A stretch of DNA of 64,000 bases from Fimbriimonadia bacterium (GCA_041483895.1 JBGPGO010000007.1:14304-78303), one strand, 5' to 3'; shown: positions 9,879 to 19,937, numbered from the stretch's first letter. Notes: a model not told the origin generated them from the letters alone. Translations and numbers: made by a program.

Positions 9879-10547
9879 ATGCGCGCACAAAATTCTCTGA
9901 CTCCGGTCTTGATCGGCTTTGATGCCCGATCGATGATTGCACCAGAGGCTCTGTGGAATCAGGAGCGTCGAGAAACGTATCTTCTCCGCCCTGAACTCCC
10001 GATCCCGATGTCGCTCGACGACTGGGGCTGGCCTTCTGTCCTTGACGACGTGTGGGAGAAGATGCCCGGTTGGCTCGGCCATAACATGCCATTATGGGAA
10101 GAGCTTGATCAACTCCAGACCGTATTGAGTTCCGAAGTCTGTGATTCGGTCGATCCGTATTGGCTGGTTGCTTTCACCGTTATGGTTGACGCCAAGAGTA
10201 TTGATCGGATCAGAGAAACTGAATATAAGTCGGTAGGTGATAATGAAGCGCCGCCCAGGCTCTTCCCGACCAAGCCGCCGGATATCCAACATGGTTGGAC
10301 GTTCCTCGGATACGATGTCGCCGACGGCAGCATCAGCGGCCTCAGCAACTGCGGGTATACAGAGGAGGACGATCCCCCGAAATTGCGCCGCGAGTGGGGT
10401 CCAAAACTCAATGGCTACGGTCTGCTGATGGACCTCCAGGACGCCGTCGAATTCACCGCCTTCACGGACGAGAGGGTAAAGGAGCACGCCCCATTTTTCA
10501 TCTACGGGATTTGGCTGATCGAGAAAGTTGAAGGGATGCGAGGCTGA
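9879..10547 (+). CDS. hypothetical protein (acidic, Trp-rich)
   Basis: 222-aa ORF with a plausible protein-like composition and no family recognised. A CAAAGACCC(C)AA motif occurs on both sides of it. Confidence 0.5.
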   Translation: MRAQNSLTPVLIGFDARSMIAPEALWNQERRETYLLRPELPIPMSLDDWGWPSVLDDVWEKMPGWLGHNMPLWEELDQLQTVLSSEVCDSVDPYWLVAFTVMVDAKSIDRIRETEYKSVGDNEAPPRLFPTKPPDIQHGWTFLGYDVADGSISGLSNCGYTEEDDPPKLRREWGPKLNGYGLLMDLQDAVEFTAFTDERVKEHAPFFIYGIWLIEKVEGMRG

Positions 10548-11016
10548 AAGGAACCCATTGGTCCCAAAGACCCAAAGAGTAGACAAGCGTCTATGCCTCG
10601 TGGTACACTCTCCCCAATGCGTGCACGCAGTCGGTCGGAAAAGTAGTCACATGTGACTATCATCCGGGACGAAGCGGATAGATACCTGCCCTAGAGGTCT
10701 GCCCTGAGCGGAGCCGATGGGCAAGTGCATCCGAAAGTAGAGTTCCGGTTTTGGGTGGGGTGGTTACCGTCAACGGTATTGAATCAAGCAACAGCGAAGG
10801 GCTTGTCCCGAGCGCAATCGAGGGGCTTGTCTAGAGCGAACGAGAGGGATCAGACCGGCACTGGCCACCCTCCCAACCAAATCAATTACAGGAAAAACCT
10901 CATCCTGCCGGATGGCGGGACGCTTCTTGCTGCCTTCCACCCGTATCTTCGCGGCCACTCGGTAGACGCGGGCCGTCTCGCCGATTCCTATCGATCACAA
11001 ATTCCAAGGCCCGCCG

Positions 11017-11799
11017 TCAAGCGACCGCGCCTGCGGCGATCTCCGTCTTCCCCTCCTGCCGCAGGCCATCCAGCGCCAATTTGTAGGCCGGCATCTCGTC
11101 CTTGTCCGGAACGAAGATCATGGCGACGGTGAGCAGGCCGGCGTTGCGGGCGACGGCATCCATAATCACGCGGGCCGCAAAGCCCTTATCGTCCCGGTCG
11201 CCGGAATATTCAAAATCGCTGGAAAAGTCCGCCAAGATAACCCCATCGGCCTGATGCTTTCCCGCTTCGTAGATGGCATGGTCATAGGCTTTCGCCGCGA
11301 CGGCAGGCGAGGTCAGGCCGTTGTCATCGAAAATGTTCACCGCAATGATCTCCTTGGCCTTGAATCGTCCCCCAAAGACAGAGCGCGCCTCGCACGGGTC
11401 CAGGTCGCCCAGCTCGCGCAACATGTCTTGAATGACATCGCCGCCCTCGTCCCTCACCATCTTACCGGTAGTCTTCCCTATCCAGCCGTCGGCCTTCGTC
11501 GCCACAATAATCGCTCCGGCGTTCAGCTTTTTCAGCGTCGTCCCCGGCTTGTTGAATAGCTGCACGCGCACGTCCCGGTATACGACCTCGTCATCCGGCT
11601 GGACATAGGTCATCTTGTGGACGAGAAAGCATAGGAAGAGCACACCAAGGATGATGATGGCGAGCGCGACCATGTTCATCCACTCGCTGCCGAGCCGTTC
11701 GACGGGAGTGTTGAAGAACTGGGCGTAACCACCGACGGCGGCAAGAGACAGCATGATGAGAGCAGCGAATTTGTAGGACACGGTTCGGAAGACCTCCAC
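11017..11799 (-). CDS. membrane-anchored hypothetical protein
   Basis: The long ORF 11017-12006 overlaps ilvE and the hairpin at its 5' end. The plausible start is GTG 11799 (or ATG 11754). It encodes two predicted TM helices (YKFAALIMLSLAAVGGYAQFF, MVALAIIILGVLFLCFLV) and a soluble domain. Confidence 0.55.
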   Translation of the reverse strand: MEVFRTVSYKFAALIMLSLAAVGGYAQFFNTPVERLGSEWMNMVALAIIILGVLFLCFLVHKMTYVQPDDEVVYRDVRVQLFNKPGTTLKKLNAGAIIVATKADGWIGKTTGKMVRDEGGDVIQDMLRELGDLDPCEARSVFGGRFKAKEIIAVNIFDDNGLTSPAVAAKAYDHAIYEAGKHQADGVILADFSSDFEYSGDRDDKGFAARVIMDAVARNAGLLTVAMIFVPDKDEMPAYKLALDGLRQEGKTEIAAGAVA

Positions 11800-11859
11800 G
11801 CGGCTATTATGGCCCGGATTGACGGAACCGAGCAACTTCAAGAAAGACCCCCACCCTAA

Positions 11860-11883
11860 CCCTCCCCCGCAAGCGGGGGAGGG
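11860..11883 (-). terminator. GC-rich perfect hairpin downstream of ilvE (terminator- or REP-like)
   Basis: CCCTCCCCCGC-AA-GCGGGGGAGGG is an 11-bp perfect stem, 38 nt past the ilvE stop. No clear U-tract follows. Confidence 0.4.
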
Positions 11884-11920
11884 AATTAAGACCATAGTAC
11901 TCGGGAGGTGGAATAAGACC

Positions 11921-12847
11921 TTAGAACGGGGTGCCGGTGGTGTGCGTGAGGTTGTGGTACTCGGCCATGATCTTGCGGGTGATCGGGCCCGGGACGCCGC
12001 CGCCAATCGGCCGGGAGTCCAGCGAAATCATCCCGATGATCTCCGCTGCGGTGCCGGTGAGGAACACCTCATCCGCGCTGACCACATCGAACATCGTAGT
12101 GCGCTCTTCAACCACGTCGTGGCCCAAGTTGGCCGCGATGTCCATAACAACCCGGCGCGTGATTCCGTTCAAAATGCCGCAGGCGGTCGTCGGCGTCGAG
12201 ACCTTGTTGCCGTGGATGACGAAGATGTTGTCGCCCGTCGCCTCCGCCACATGGCCCTCGGTATTCAGCATCAAGCCCTCGCCCGCCCCCTGGCGATTTG
12301 CCTCAAGCTTCGCTTGGATGTTCGCCACATATCGGCCGATGGTCTTGATTTGCGGGTCGAGGCACTGGGCCGGGAACACGCGCGTCGAGCAGGTGATCAC
12401 TTTAAGTCCTTCTTGATACTGCTGCTCATTATAAAGCCGTAAGAAATTCACCATTACCATGACGTTGGGCGTCTGGTTGATTTTCCACGGATCGAGGCCC
12501 AAACCGGTCCCCCGCGAAACATTGAGCCGCACGTAGCCATCGGTCAAGTCGGCCTGAGGGCAGACATTGAGAATAATCTCGCGAAGCTCTTCAACAGGCA
12601 TCATCCCGCGGATGTCCAGCATGTTGACACCATCGTACAGCCGGCTAAGATGCTCATCCAGCTTGAAAATCCTGCGATCGTAGAAACGAATCCCTTCGAA
12701 TAGGCCGTCCCCGTACAGATGGGCGTGGTCGGCCGCCGGCGTGGTGGCTTCGGCAAGCGGCTTGATCGTGCCGTTGAGCCATACGATGGGGCCGGTCGTG
12801 GTAGGGCTAATTACAGCCTGGGATTCCAATGAACTCATCGTTGCCAT
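11921..12847 (-). CDS. ilvE: branched-chain amino acid aminotransferase (class IV)
   Basis: 308 aa with class IV aminotransferase motifs (HLYGDGLFEGIRFY, RLNVSRG, GEGLMLN, EATGDNIF, GITRRVV, EVFLTGTAAEI). Confidence 0.9.
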   Translation of the reverse strand: MATMSSLESQAVISPTTTGPIVWLNGTIKPLAEATTPAADHAHLYGDGLFEGIRFYDRRIFKLDEHLSRLYDGVNMLDIRGMMPVEELREIILNVCPQADLTDGYVRLNVSRGTGLGLDPWKINQTPNVMVMVNFLRLYNEQQYQEGLKVITCSTRVFPAQCLDPQIKTIGRYVANIQAKLEANRQGAGEGLMLNTEGHVAEATGDNIFVIHGNKVSTPTTACGILNGITRRVVMDIAANLGHDVVEERTTMFDVVSADEVFLTGTAAEIIGMISLDSRPIGGGVPGPITRKIMAEYHNLTHTTGTPF

Positions 12848-12948
12848 AGATCCTCCTCATTGAGGTGTTGTCCCTTCGTTGGGGCTATCTGCATCATAAC
12901 CCAAAGATCGGTCTCTTGGCCACCCCAGGGGACTGCTGGTACAGACAA

Positions 12949-14106
12949 TTATTCGAGGCGCCTAAGCCGATCTCCTGCCGCATCCAGGGTTTCATCCCGC
13001 TTGCAAAAGCAGAATCGGACGTTCTGAGAGCCAAGCCTGGGTTCGCTGAAAAAGCTGCTCCCCGGCACGACGGCAACTCCGATCTCTTCAATCAGACGCC
13101 GGGTGAAGGCCACGTCGTCCGATGCGCCGAACCCAGAGATGTCGGTCCAAATGTAATACGCTCCTTGTGGGGGAAAGCACCGGAAGCCTGCCCTATCAAG
13201 ATCCGGAAGAAGGCGGTCCCGGCGTGCCTGATAGCCCTGCGCAAGCTTATTGTAATAGTCATCCGGCAGGTTTAAGGCGACCGCGCCGGCCTGCTGGAGC
13301 GGGGCGGCCGCTCCGACCGTGACGAAATCATGAACCTTCCGGATCGCGCCGGTAACTTCGGGCGGAGCGATGGCCCAGCCAACCCGCCAGCCGGTGACGG
13401 AATAGGTTTTGGATAGGCTGTTGATCGTGACCGTCCGTTCGCGCATGCCGTCCAAGGTTGCGATGGGGATATGCTTCGTTCCGTCGTAAGTGATGTACTC
13501 GTAAATCTCGTCCGATAACGCGATCACGTCGAATTCGATGCACAGGTCCGCGATGGCGCGCAGCTCCTCATGAGAGAACACTTTGCCGGTCGGATTGTTT
13601 GGGGAGTTGAAGATGACGGCCTTGGTTTTTGGTCCGAACGCGGCACGAAGCTCGTCCGGGTCCAACTGAAAGTAGGGCGGGCGGAGCGACACGTAACGCG
13701 ATTTCGCGCCACAGAGAATCGCATCGGGCCCATAGTTTTCGTAGAACGGCTCGAAGACCACCACCTCGTCCCCCGGATTGACAATGGCGAGGAGAGAAGA
13801 AAGCATCGCCTCCGTCGAGCCGCAACAGACCGTAATCTCCCGCTCCGGGTCAACCTCCATGCCGTAGCTTTTGGCGAAGCGTGCAGCAATCGCATCTCGC
13901 AACGGTTTGGCCCCCCAGGTGATGGCATATTGATTGAAATCGCTTTGCAGGGCCTCGCATGCGGCGTCCTTGATTTCTTGCGGGCAGGGGAAGTCGGGGA
14001 AGCCTTGGGCAAGATTGACCGCGCCGTGCTTGGCAGCGACGCGGGTCATCTCGCGGATCACGCTCTCAGTGAATCCGGAGGCTTTTTCCGAAACAAACCG
14101 GTGCAT
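12949..14106 (-). CDS. PLP-dependent aminotransferase, class I/II (YbdL/methionine aminotransferase-like)
   Basis: 385 aa with motifs LAQGFPDF, NSPNNPTGKVF and SLSKTYSVTGWRVGW (PLP lysine region). Confidence 0.9.
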   Translation of the reverse strand: MHRFVSEKASGFTESVIREMTRVAAKHGAVNLAQGFPDFPCPQEIKDAACEALQSDFNQYAITWGAKPLRDAIAARFAKSYGMEVDPEREITVCCGSTEAMLSSLLAIVNPGDEVVVFEPFYENYGPDAILCGAKSRYVSLRPPYFQLDPDELRAAFGPKTKAVIFNSPNNPTGKVFSHEELRAIADLCIEFDVIALSDEIYEYITYDGTKHIPIATLDGMRERTVTINSLSKTYSVTGWRVGWAIAPPEVTGAIRKVHDFVTVGAAAPLQQAGAVALNLPDDYYNKLAQGYQARRDRLLPDLDRAGFRCFPPQGAYYIWTDISGFGASDDVAFTRRLIEEIGVAVVPGSSFFSEPRLGSQNVRFCFCKRDETLDAAGDRLRRLE

Positions 14107-14158
14107 TGTGGGAGGTTACCTTATGGCCCCGTTGGTTTCTTGGTGGCCATCAAATAGA

Positions 14159-14485
14159 TCAGATGGATCGCGCGAAGGAAGCTGTAACATCCGCCGATAA
14201 GCGCCAGGAACTGGCCGATGCTTGGCGGACCATGCTCAGCAAGCCCACCAACGACAAGAAACGGGAGACGAAAAAGAAGGGCAATGGATGGTGTGTGAAC
14301 ATCGCGATGCCGGCGGCAGCGAAAACCAGTCCAAAAAAGATCGGTATGGTGATGAAGGCGCTATTATAATTCGGGGCTACGCCGTTGTGCGGGAAAAGGC
14401 TTACAGCAATGGCACCGGCAATATATAACATTCCCAACGCCATGACAGCATCTAGAGTTTTCCAAGGGTCTGGGCGCCATTTCAT
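14159..14485 (-). CDS. small hypothetical membrane protein
   Basis: ATG at 14485 (MKWRPDPWKTL...) and three hydrophobic segments. The 5' extension in the ORF track is Arg-rich and unlikely to be coding. Confidence 0.4.
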   Translation of the reverse strand: MKWRPDPWKTLDAVMALGMLYIAGAIAVSLFPHNGVAPNYNSAFITIPIFFGLVFAAAGIAMFTHHPLPFFFVSRFLSLVGLLSMVRQASASSWRLSADVTASFARSI

Positions 14486-14555
14486 TCGGTTAACATACCA
14501 GACTTTTCGCCGACGGGTCTTCACTGGCACGAGCTCTGCGGGACTCGTCCTTGTG

Positions 14556-14876
14556 ATGAACGTTAAGTATCGCCCGTTGCCGCATTCTCTGTTGCTCCTT
14601 GCCATCGGTCTCATCGATCTGGTCACCACAATTCTGCTGGTAGAAACCGGGCTATGCCGCGAGCTGAACCCCCTCATGGCGCCGTTGCTGAATCAACACT
14701 GGCTCGTATTTGCGCTGGTCAAGAGTCTAACCCTGGTCGTGGCATTCGCGGCAGGCGAATGGTATCGGAAGCGGGACGAGCGGTTCGTGAAGCTGGCCAT
14801 GAGCGCCGGCGCGATCACCTACCTGGTCGTCTGGGTGTTCTGGTTCGTCAGCGGCTGGAATCCTATGGGCGTTTAG
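14556..14876 (+). CDS. DUF5658-like small membrane protein
   Basis: ATG at 14556 (MNVKYRPLPHSLLLLAIGLIDLVTTILLVETGLCRELNPLM...). This pattern is typical of DUF5658 proteins. Confidence 0.55.
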   Translation: MNVKYRPLPHSLLLLAIGLIDLVTTILLVETGLCRELNPLMAPLLNQHWLVFALVKSLTLVVAFAAGEWYRKRDERFVKLAMSAGAITYLVVWVFWFVSGWNPMGV

Positions 14877-15325
14877 GACAGGAAAACCCGGACCACTCCA
14901 AACAGCACCGTTGCCACCGCGACTCCAATAAAAGCGTTTTGCACCCAGTACAATCGGCCAACAATCCGCCGCCCCGTGATGACCGAGTAGCCGCTTGCCA
15001 CCCCAAGAATACCAATGTAAAGAAACAGCAGGGGCCCAATCGCGTGCGCGCGAAACGCCGTACACGGCTGCAAATGCGCCATCGCCGAGAAGCTGGTTGT
15101 GAGGCCGCAGGTGGGGCATGGTTTGTGGAACGCCGCATAAAATCCGCACGGCGGCAACCCGAGCTGCAAGTGCGTACCATGCAGCTGCGGCGACGGATGC
15201 AGGTAGAGCGCCACTCCGATCAGCAGCAGCCATAATGAGAAGAGAATCGTTTCCGTCTTCAGTTCCCTTCTCGGAACGGCGACGGTCCAAAACGGCCTCA
15301 TTCGATAGCCTGATATCGAGCTCAC
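14873..15325 (-). CDS. DUF2752-domain membrane protein
   Basis: Contains PPCGFYAAFHKPCPTCGLTTS (the CxxxxxxxxxCPxCG signature of DUF2752) followed by TM helices. Confidence 0.65.
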   Translation of the reverse strand: MSSISGYRMRPFWTVAVPRRELKTETILFSLWLLLIGVALYLHPSPQLHGTHLQLGLPPCGFYAAFHKPCPTCGLTTSFSAMAHLQPCTAFRAHAIGPLLFLYIGILGVASGYSVITGRRIVGRLYWVQNAFIGVAVATVLFGVVRVFLS

Positions 15326-15397
15326 GAGTACAGTTTATCACGTCATGCGTCCTCGCTGGGCAGGACGAGCCACATTGAGGTACGAATAGAGGAGCAA

Positions 15398-17296
15398 GTG
15401 AGCGCATTCATTCTTCTGGCGGCAATCCTGTCCATGGCAAATAGCAATATCCAAGCGCCGGACCTCGGCGAGATCCAGCGCGTTTCCGACCAAGGCCCGT
15501 TTCATCCCACCTGGGCGTCCCTTTCGGCCCTGAAAGTTCCCGACTGGTACCTGGACGGAAAATTTGGGATCTTCATCCACTGGGGCGTCTATTCCGTGCC
15601 GGCGTATGGCAGCGAGTGGTATCCGAGGCAGATGTATCAACAGGGCTCGGCGGAATTCAAACACCATGTGTCGACCTATGGTTCGCAAAAGTTGTTCGGA
15701 TATAGGGATTTTATTCCGCAATTCAAGGCCGAGCGCTTCGATCCGGATGCTTGGGCGGCGTTGTTCAAGGAGGCTGGGGCGAAATTTGTCGTGCCGGTTG
15801 CCGAGCACCACGACGGCTTTGCCATGTATGATTGCTCCCTGTCTGACTGGTGCGCCGCAAAGATGGGGCCCAAGCGCGACATCATCGGCGATTTGGCAAA
15901 AGCGTTGCGCAAACAAAAGTTGGTGTTGGGTCTCTCGAGTCATCGGGCCGAGCACTGGTGGTTTTTCAATGGCGGCCGCGCGTTTGACAGCGATGTGGCC
16001 GATCCCAAGAACGCCGGCCTCTATGGACCCGCGCGACCGGAGAACGAACCACCAAGCCAAGAGTTCTTGGATGATTGGCTGCGTCGCACATGCGAGCTAG
16101 TCGATAAGTACAAACCGCAACTGGTTTGGTTTGATTGGTGGATCGAGCAGCCGGCATTCAAGCCCTATCTGCAGAAATTCGCCGCCTACTACTATAACAG
16201 TGTGAAAGGCGCGGCGATCAACTACAAGAATGCTGCTTTCCCTCGCAAGGCTGCCGTCTTGGATCTGGAGCGCGGGCAGCTCGCCGGCACAAGTCCCACC
16301 TATTGGCAGACAGATACTTCGATATCCAATAATTCGTGGGGATATGTCGTTCCGCAGCATTATAAATCCGCCGAATCGATTGTCGGCGATTTGGTGGATA
16401 TTGTCAGCAAAAACGGCGCGCTTCTTCTAAATATCGGTCCGAAGCCGGACGGAACGATCCCGGATGAAGAGCAGCAGATCCTCCGCGACGTGGGAAAGTG
16501 GTTGCGGGTGAACGGCGAGGCCATCTATGGAACCCGGCCCTTTCTAGTTTTCGGTGAGGGGCCAACCAAAGTGGGCGGCGGAATGTTCACGGACACAAAC
16601 CGAGCAGCATTTACCGGTGAGGATTTCCGGTTCACCGTCAAAAAGAACACACTGTATGCGATCTGCTTGGCTTGGCCGGGCAAGGTCGCCCACGTCCGAT
16701 CGTTGGCGGACAAAAATCTGCGGTTCGGCGGCACGGTCACGAAAGTGGAGCTGCTGGGACACAAGGAGGGCCTTCGATGGTCGAACGGACCGGGCGGGCT
16801 GACGATTGAAGTTCCGGACGAGAAACCATGTGACTATGCGTTCGTGTTTCGGATTTCGGGACTGAAAAACATTCAATTCGGCGGTCCAATCCGTGCGGAT
16901 TCCTCCGGACAGTTCATTCTGCCGGCTGCATTGGCGGAGCTTCACGGCGCAAAATTGCAAATCGAGTCGCAAGGCGGCCGGCAGGACATTGGATTTTGGG
17001 ATGATCCTTCTGAATGGGTCAGTTGGCAAGTGGAGGAGATCAAGAACGGTGAGTATGACGTTGAGTTGGATGTAGCGGCCGCGGCGGGGGATTCGGTGGC
17101 TGTGGTCGGAATCGGCGATGAGAAGCAGACCGTTGCCATACCCAAAACCGCTGCCTGGTCAGAGTTCCGCACGATCCATTGCGAACCAATAACGGTCGAC
17201 AAAAGCGGCGCGGCTACAATAACCGTCCATGCATCTTCAGCTGGCGACTGGCACGCGATCAATTTGGCCGAGATCCGTTTGATTCCGCGAAAATGA
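15398..17296 (+). CDS. alpha-L-fucosidase (GH29) with C-terminal carbohydrate-binding-like domain
   Basis: GKFGIFIHWGVYSVPAYGSEWYPRQMY and VAEHHDGFAMYD are typical of GH29. GTG start with a signal-like N-terminus. Confidence 0.9.
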   Translation: MSAFILLAAILSMANSNIQAPDLGEIQRVSDQGPFHPTWASLSALKVPDWYLDGKFGIFIHWGVYSVPAYGSEWYPRQMYQQGSAEFKHHVSTYGSQKLFGYRDFIPQFKAERFDPDAWAALFKEAGAKFVVPVAEHHDGFAMYDCSLSDWCAAKMGPKRDIIGDLAKALRKQKLVLGLSSHRAEHWWFFNGGRAFDSDVADPKNAGLYGPARPENEPPSQEFLDDWLRRTCELVDKYKPQLVWFDWWIEQPAFKPYLQKFAAYYYNSVKGAAINYKNAAFPRKAAVLDLERGQLAGTSPTYWQTDTSISNNSWGYVVPQHYKSAESIVGDLVDIVSKNGALLLNIGPKPDGTIPDEEQQILRDVGKWLRVNGEAIYGTRPFLVFGEGPTKVGGGMFTDTNRAAFTGEDFRFTVKKNTLYAICLAWPGKVAHVRSLADKNLRFGGTVTKVELLGHKEGLRWSNGPGGLTIEVPDEKPCDYAFVFRISGLKNIQFGGPIRADSSGQFILPAALAELHGAKLQIESQGGRQDIGFWDDPSEWVSWQVEEIKNGEYDVELDVAAAAGDSVAVVGIGDEKQTVAIPKTAAWSEFRTIHCEPITVDKSGAATITVHASSAGDWHAINLAEIRLIPRK

Positions 17297-18558
17297 CGCA
17301 AAAACCGATTCACGAACGATTGCCGCTGCGAACAGCAATGAGTTTTCGTAAGCCGATGCCAAATCCCATCGTGATCGCGCTGGGACGTATGGTGTTACCA
17401 TTGCTATTGCGATGGAAAGAGGGAATTGTCGGCGTAGAGTATCTCCCGGACGAGTTGCGCCGAATTAAGAACCTGGCGCCGGAACGCATTGTGCTGACTC
17501 CCAATCATCCTACGCACGCGGAGCCGCTTGTGCTGTTCCACCTATCCAAGACCATTCGCTTCCCCTTCGCCTACATATCAAATCGGGAGGCGTTTGATCG
17601 CTGTGGCGGCCTCTTTGGATGGCTATTGCAGCGAATCGGTGTGTACTCAGTGATACGTGGCATGCCGGACCGAGACTCTTTTCGCATGACCAGAAAACTG
17701 TTAGTCGATGGTCCCAACAAGTTAGTGGTATTTCCGGAAGGGGAAGATTACAGTCAGAACGATACACTTCTTCCCTTCCAATCCGGCCTGTTCCAACTAC
17801 TGTTCTATGCGTGCGACGATATGACTTTCAATCACGCCCTGTATGTCCAACCCGTTGCGGTCAAGTATCATTACGTGGACGCAGCGAGGCGAGAGATTGA
17901 CAAGTCAATGACCAGATTGGAGCGTGCTCTGCAGTTGCGTGGCGAGCCACCCCCTGACACGTACGATCGCTTGCGCCGCATTGGCGAATCGGTAGTGACA
18001 ACCGCGGAAACAATGTATGGATTGGAACACGGAACCTTAGACGATATGAATCCACGCATCGACGCGATCAAGGAGGCGATGATTGTGCGAGTCGCCGATG
18101 CGGTTGGCCTCGATCGATCGTCGTTGGGCCGCACGTTGCCCGATCGAATGCGCACACTGATCAACACGGTCCATAGCGTCACAAAGGTCCAGGCGGAGCC
18201 AGAATCGATCTATCAGGTCCGATTGTTGCTGCAAGAGCGCGACCGCATTCGACCGCTGTTGCATGATCTCAATCGTCTGTCGAACTGGATCGCGGTGAAG
18301 GATGAATATGTGCGCGTGAAGCCGACGACGGAACGGATGATGGATACGCTTTCCAGGCTGGAGATCGAGGTTTTGGGCAAGGTGCGAATTGGCGCCAAGA
18401 AACGATGTTTTGTGCGATTTGCTGATCCATTTGACTTGCGCGACTATGCCGAATCATACGCCAACGATAGGCGATCCGCGGTTCGGGACGTCACGATGCG
18501 AACGGAACAAGCGGTTCAGGCGCTCTTGGATGAAATGAACGAGACTTTCTCCAGGTAG
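17293..18558 (+). CDS. lysophospholipid/glycerol-3-phosphate acyltransferase-family protein (PlsC-like)
   Basis: The ATG at 17293 overlaps the fucosidase stop (ATGA). Contains NHPTHAEP and VVFPEGE acyltransferase blocks. Confidence 0.75.
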   Translation: MTQKPIHERLPLRTAMSFRKPMPNPIVIALGRMVLPLLLRWKEGIVGVEYLPDELRRIKNLAPERIVLTPNHPTHAEPLVLFHLSKTIRFPFAYISNREAFDRCGGLFGWLLQRIGVYSVIRGMPDRDSFRMTRKLLVDGPNKLVVFPEGEDYSQNDTLLPFQSGLFQLLFYACDDMTFNHALYVQPVAVKYHYVDAARREIDKSMTRLERALQLRGEPPPDTYDRLRRIGESVVTTAETMYGLEHGTLDDMNPRIDAIKEAMIVRVADAVGLDRSSLGRTLPDRMRTLINTVHSVTKVQAEPESIYQVRLLLQERDRIRPLLHDLNRLSNWIAVKDEYVRVKPTTERMMDTLSRLEIEVLGKVRIGAKKRCFVRFADPFDLRDYAESYANDRRSAVRDVTMRTEQAVQALLDEMNETFSR

Positions 18559-19418
18559 TCGATTGTCGATGATAAGATATCACGCTGGCGATGAAGATCA
18601 GCGAGAGCATGATCGGATACTCGCCGCGCCAGGTTGCGCCTTTCTTCGGAAGGTGAAGACTGACACGAAGCGGTCTTTTGGTAGATGCACCAATCCGCTG
18701 TAGTTGCGGCGATAACGGATCGCTCCGGCCCTTGGATCAGTTGCATTCCCGACACTTCGAGAAGCTCCTTATACAAAAAACCGTAGTAGGCAGACTCCGG
18801 TCGATGGAAGGGGCCAGGATTGTATAGGTCCACTGCCAGGTATAGTTGTCCGCCGGTTTCAAGATGGCATGATAGATCGACTAGCAGTCCCGGCAGATCT
18901 TCGACATGTTCGGCGACATCATAGCAACTAATAGCATCAAATCGCTCTTCCGGCAAGGATCTCGCATCAACGATTCGTATCTTTTGGCCGCGAGTATGAT
19001 ATCTCCAGGCAGCGAAATCGGTCTGAATTCCGGGCACGTCGGCATGTGTCACTTCGAAACCTACCAACGCATGTGCAAGGCAATCTCGCCCAATTCCTGC
19101 GCCGACATCCAAATACCGAACACCTCGTAAGTTCTTCGCGTTTTGCAGGGCGACGGCCGTGCGCGCTGTTAGATGGCGGACGCGAGCATTGCCTGCCAAG
19201 AGAGCGAATAGAAACTCCTCGGAATCTTCGTAGAGTTCAGAGTTGTGGATGTCCGGGGGAGTGGCTTGTGCCGTTTCGCATCGGGTGACGACATCCTCAA
19301 CCGGTTCGCCCTTGTAGTCTGCGTACTCGGTCAGAATATCCAGATAGGGATCGTCCACCTTGTAACGGGTCAACTTTCGAACCCATTCAAATTCATTTTG
19401 CGCCGGCTCCATGCACAC
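18516..19418 (-). CDS. class I SAM-dependent methyltransferase
   Basis: Contains YLDVGAGIGRD (SAM motif I) and FDAISCYDVAEHV. It converges on and overlaps the acyltransferase 3' end by 43 nt. Confidence 0.75.
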   Translation of the reverse strand: MCMEPAQNEFEWVRKLTRYKVDDPYLDILTEYADYKGEPVEDVVTRCETAQATPPDIHNSELYEDSEEFLFALLAGNARVRHLTARTAVALQNAKNLRGVRYLDVGAGIGRDCLAHALVGFEVTHADVPGIQTDFAAWRYHTRGQKIRIVDARSLPEERFDAISCYDVAEHVEDLPGLLVDLSCHLETGGQLYLAVDLYNPGPFHRPESAYYGFLYKELLEVSGMQLIQGPERSVIAATTADWCIYQKTASCQSSPSEERRNLARRVSDHALADLHRQRDILSSTIDYLEKVSFISSKSA

Positions 19419-19803
19419 CTCCGATTCAATTATCGGCTTAACCTCGTCTAGTTACCTGGCGTCGCACACGATAGATGCGGAAGGTAGTAGATCCCAGGGG
19501 TCGGGTAGAAATGCCGGCAAATTGGTAGTCTGTGCGTGTTGACGGTTCCAGCTCGCTGGGACAGGATGGATATGGAGGTTGTCGCGCGATCTAATCGCTG
19601 TAATGCCTGCTTCGATTTATGTCCCCATCGAGTGCGCAGATCGACCGGCTGCGAGCGGTCCCACCGTCCGCCAACCGGCAGAGGTCCTTGTTGGGCGCCC
19701 CGGCTCAACTGACGTGTACCGGGCCAACGGACCTAGCTGGCCGGCGGGCTTGTCCCGACAAGTTGACGATCCTGGGGGCCAAGGGTATAATTCGCCGCAC
19801 CGT

Positions 19804-19879
19804 TCCTCGGTAGCTCAGTTGGTAGAGCAGCTGACTGTTAATCAGCGGGTCGTAGGTTCGAGTCCTACCCGAGGAGCCA
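19804..19879 (+). tRNA. tRNA-Asn: tRNA-Asn (anticodon GTT), CCA encoded
   Basis: TCCTCGGTAGCTCAGTTGGTAGAGCAGCTGACTGTTAATCAGCGGGTCGTAGGTTCGAGTCCTACCCGAGGAGCCA. It has a 7-bp acceptor stem TCCTCGG/CCGAGGA, anticodon loop CT-GTT-AA and a GGTTCGAGTCC T-arm. Confidence 0.95.
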
Positions 19880-19937
19880 AGTTTCCAAGTACGAAGCCGA
19901 TCGTTCCTCTGCGCATTTTGTGCTTTCCCACTTACCT

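Noticed and set aside
9037-10082. ORFs 9037-9861(+) and 9591-10082(-) spanning the 99-bp repeats, which could be repeat proteins since the 99-nt period equals 33 codons.
   Set aside because: The first is antisense to the AIM24-family gene over most of its length. Both give non-protein-like sequence. The repeat contains an 11-bp inverted repeat, which fits DNA- or RNA-level function better.
10690-10760. Group II intron domain-V-like string (GAGCCGAT...GAAAG...TTCCGGTT) and a GTGCA string upstream.
   Set aside because: The putative helix cannot be paired beyond 5 bp. Its length is wrong for domain V, and no reverse transcriptase or maturase ORF is present.
10985-10995. Half-site CCTATCGATCA resembling one arm of the dif-like sites.
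   Set aside because: There is no matching second arm at the 6-bp spacing. A single 11-mer with a mismatch is not significant.
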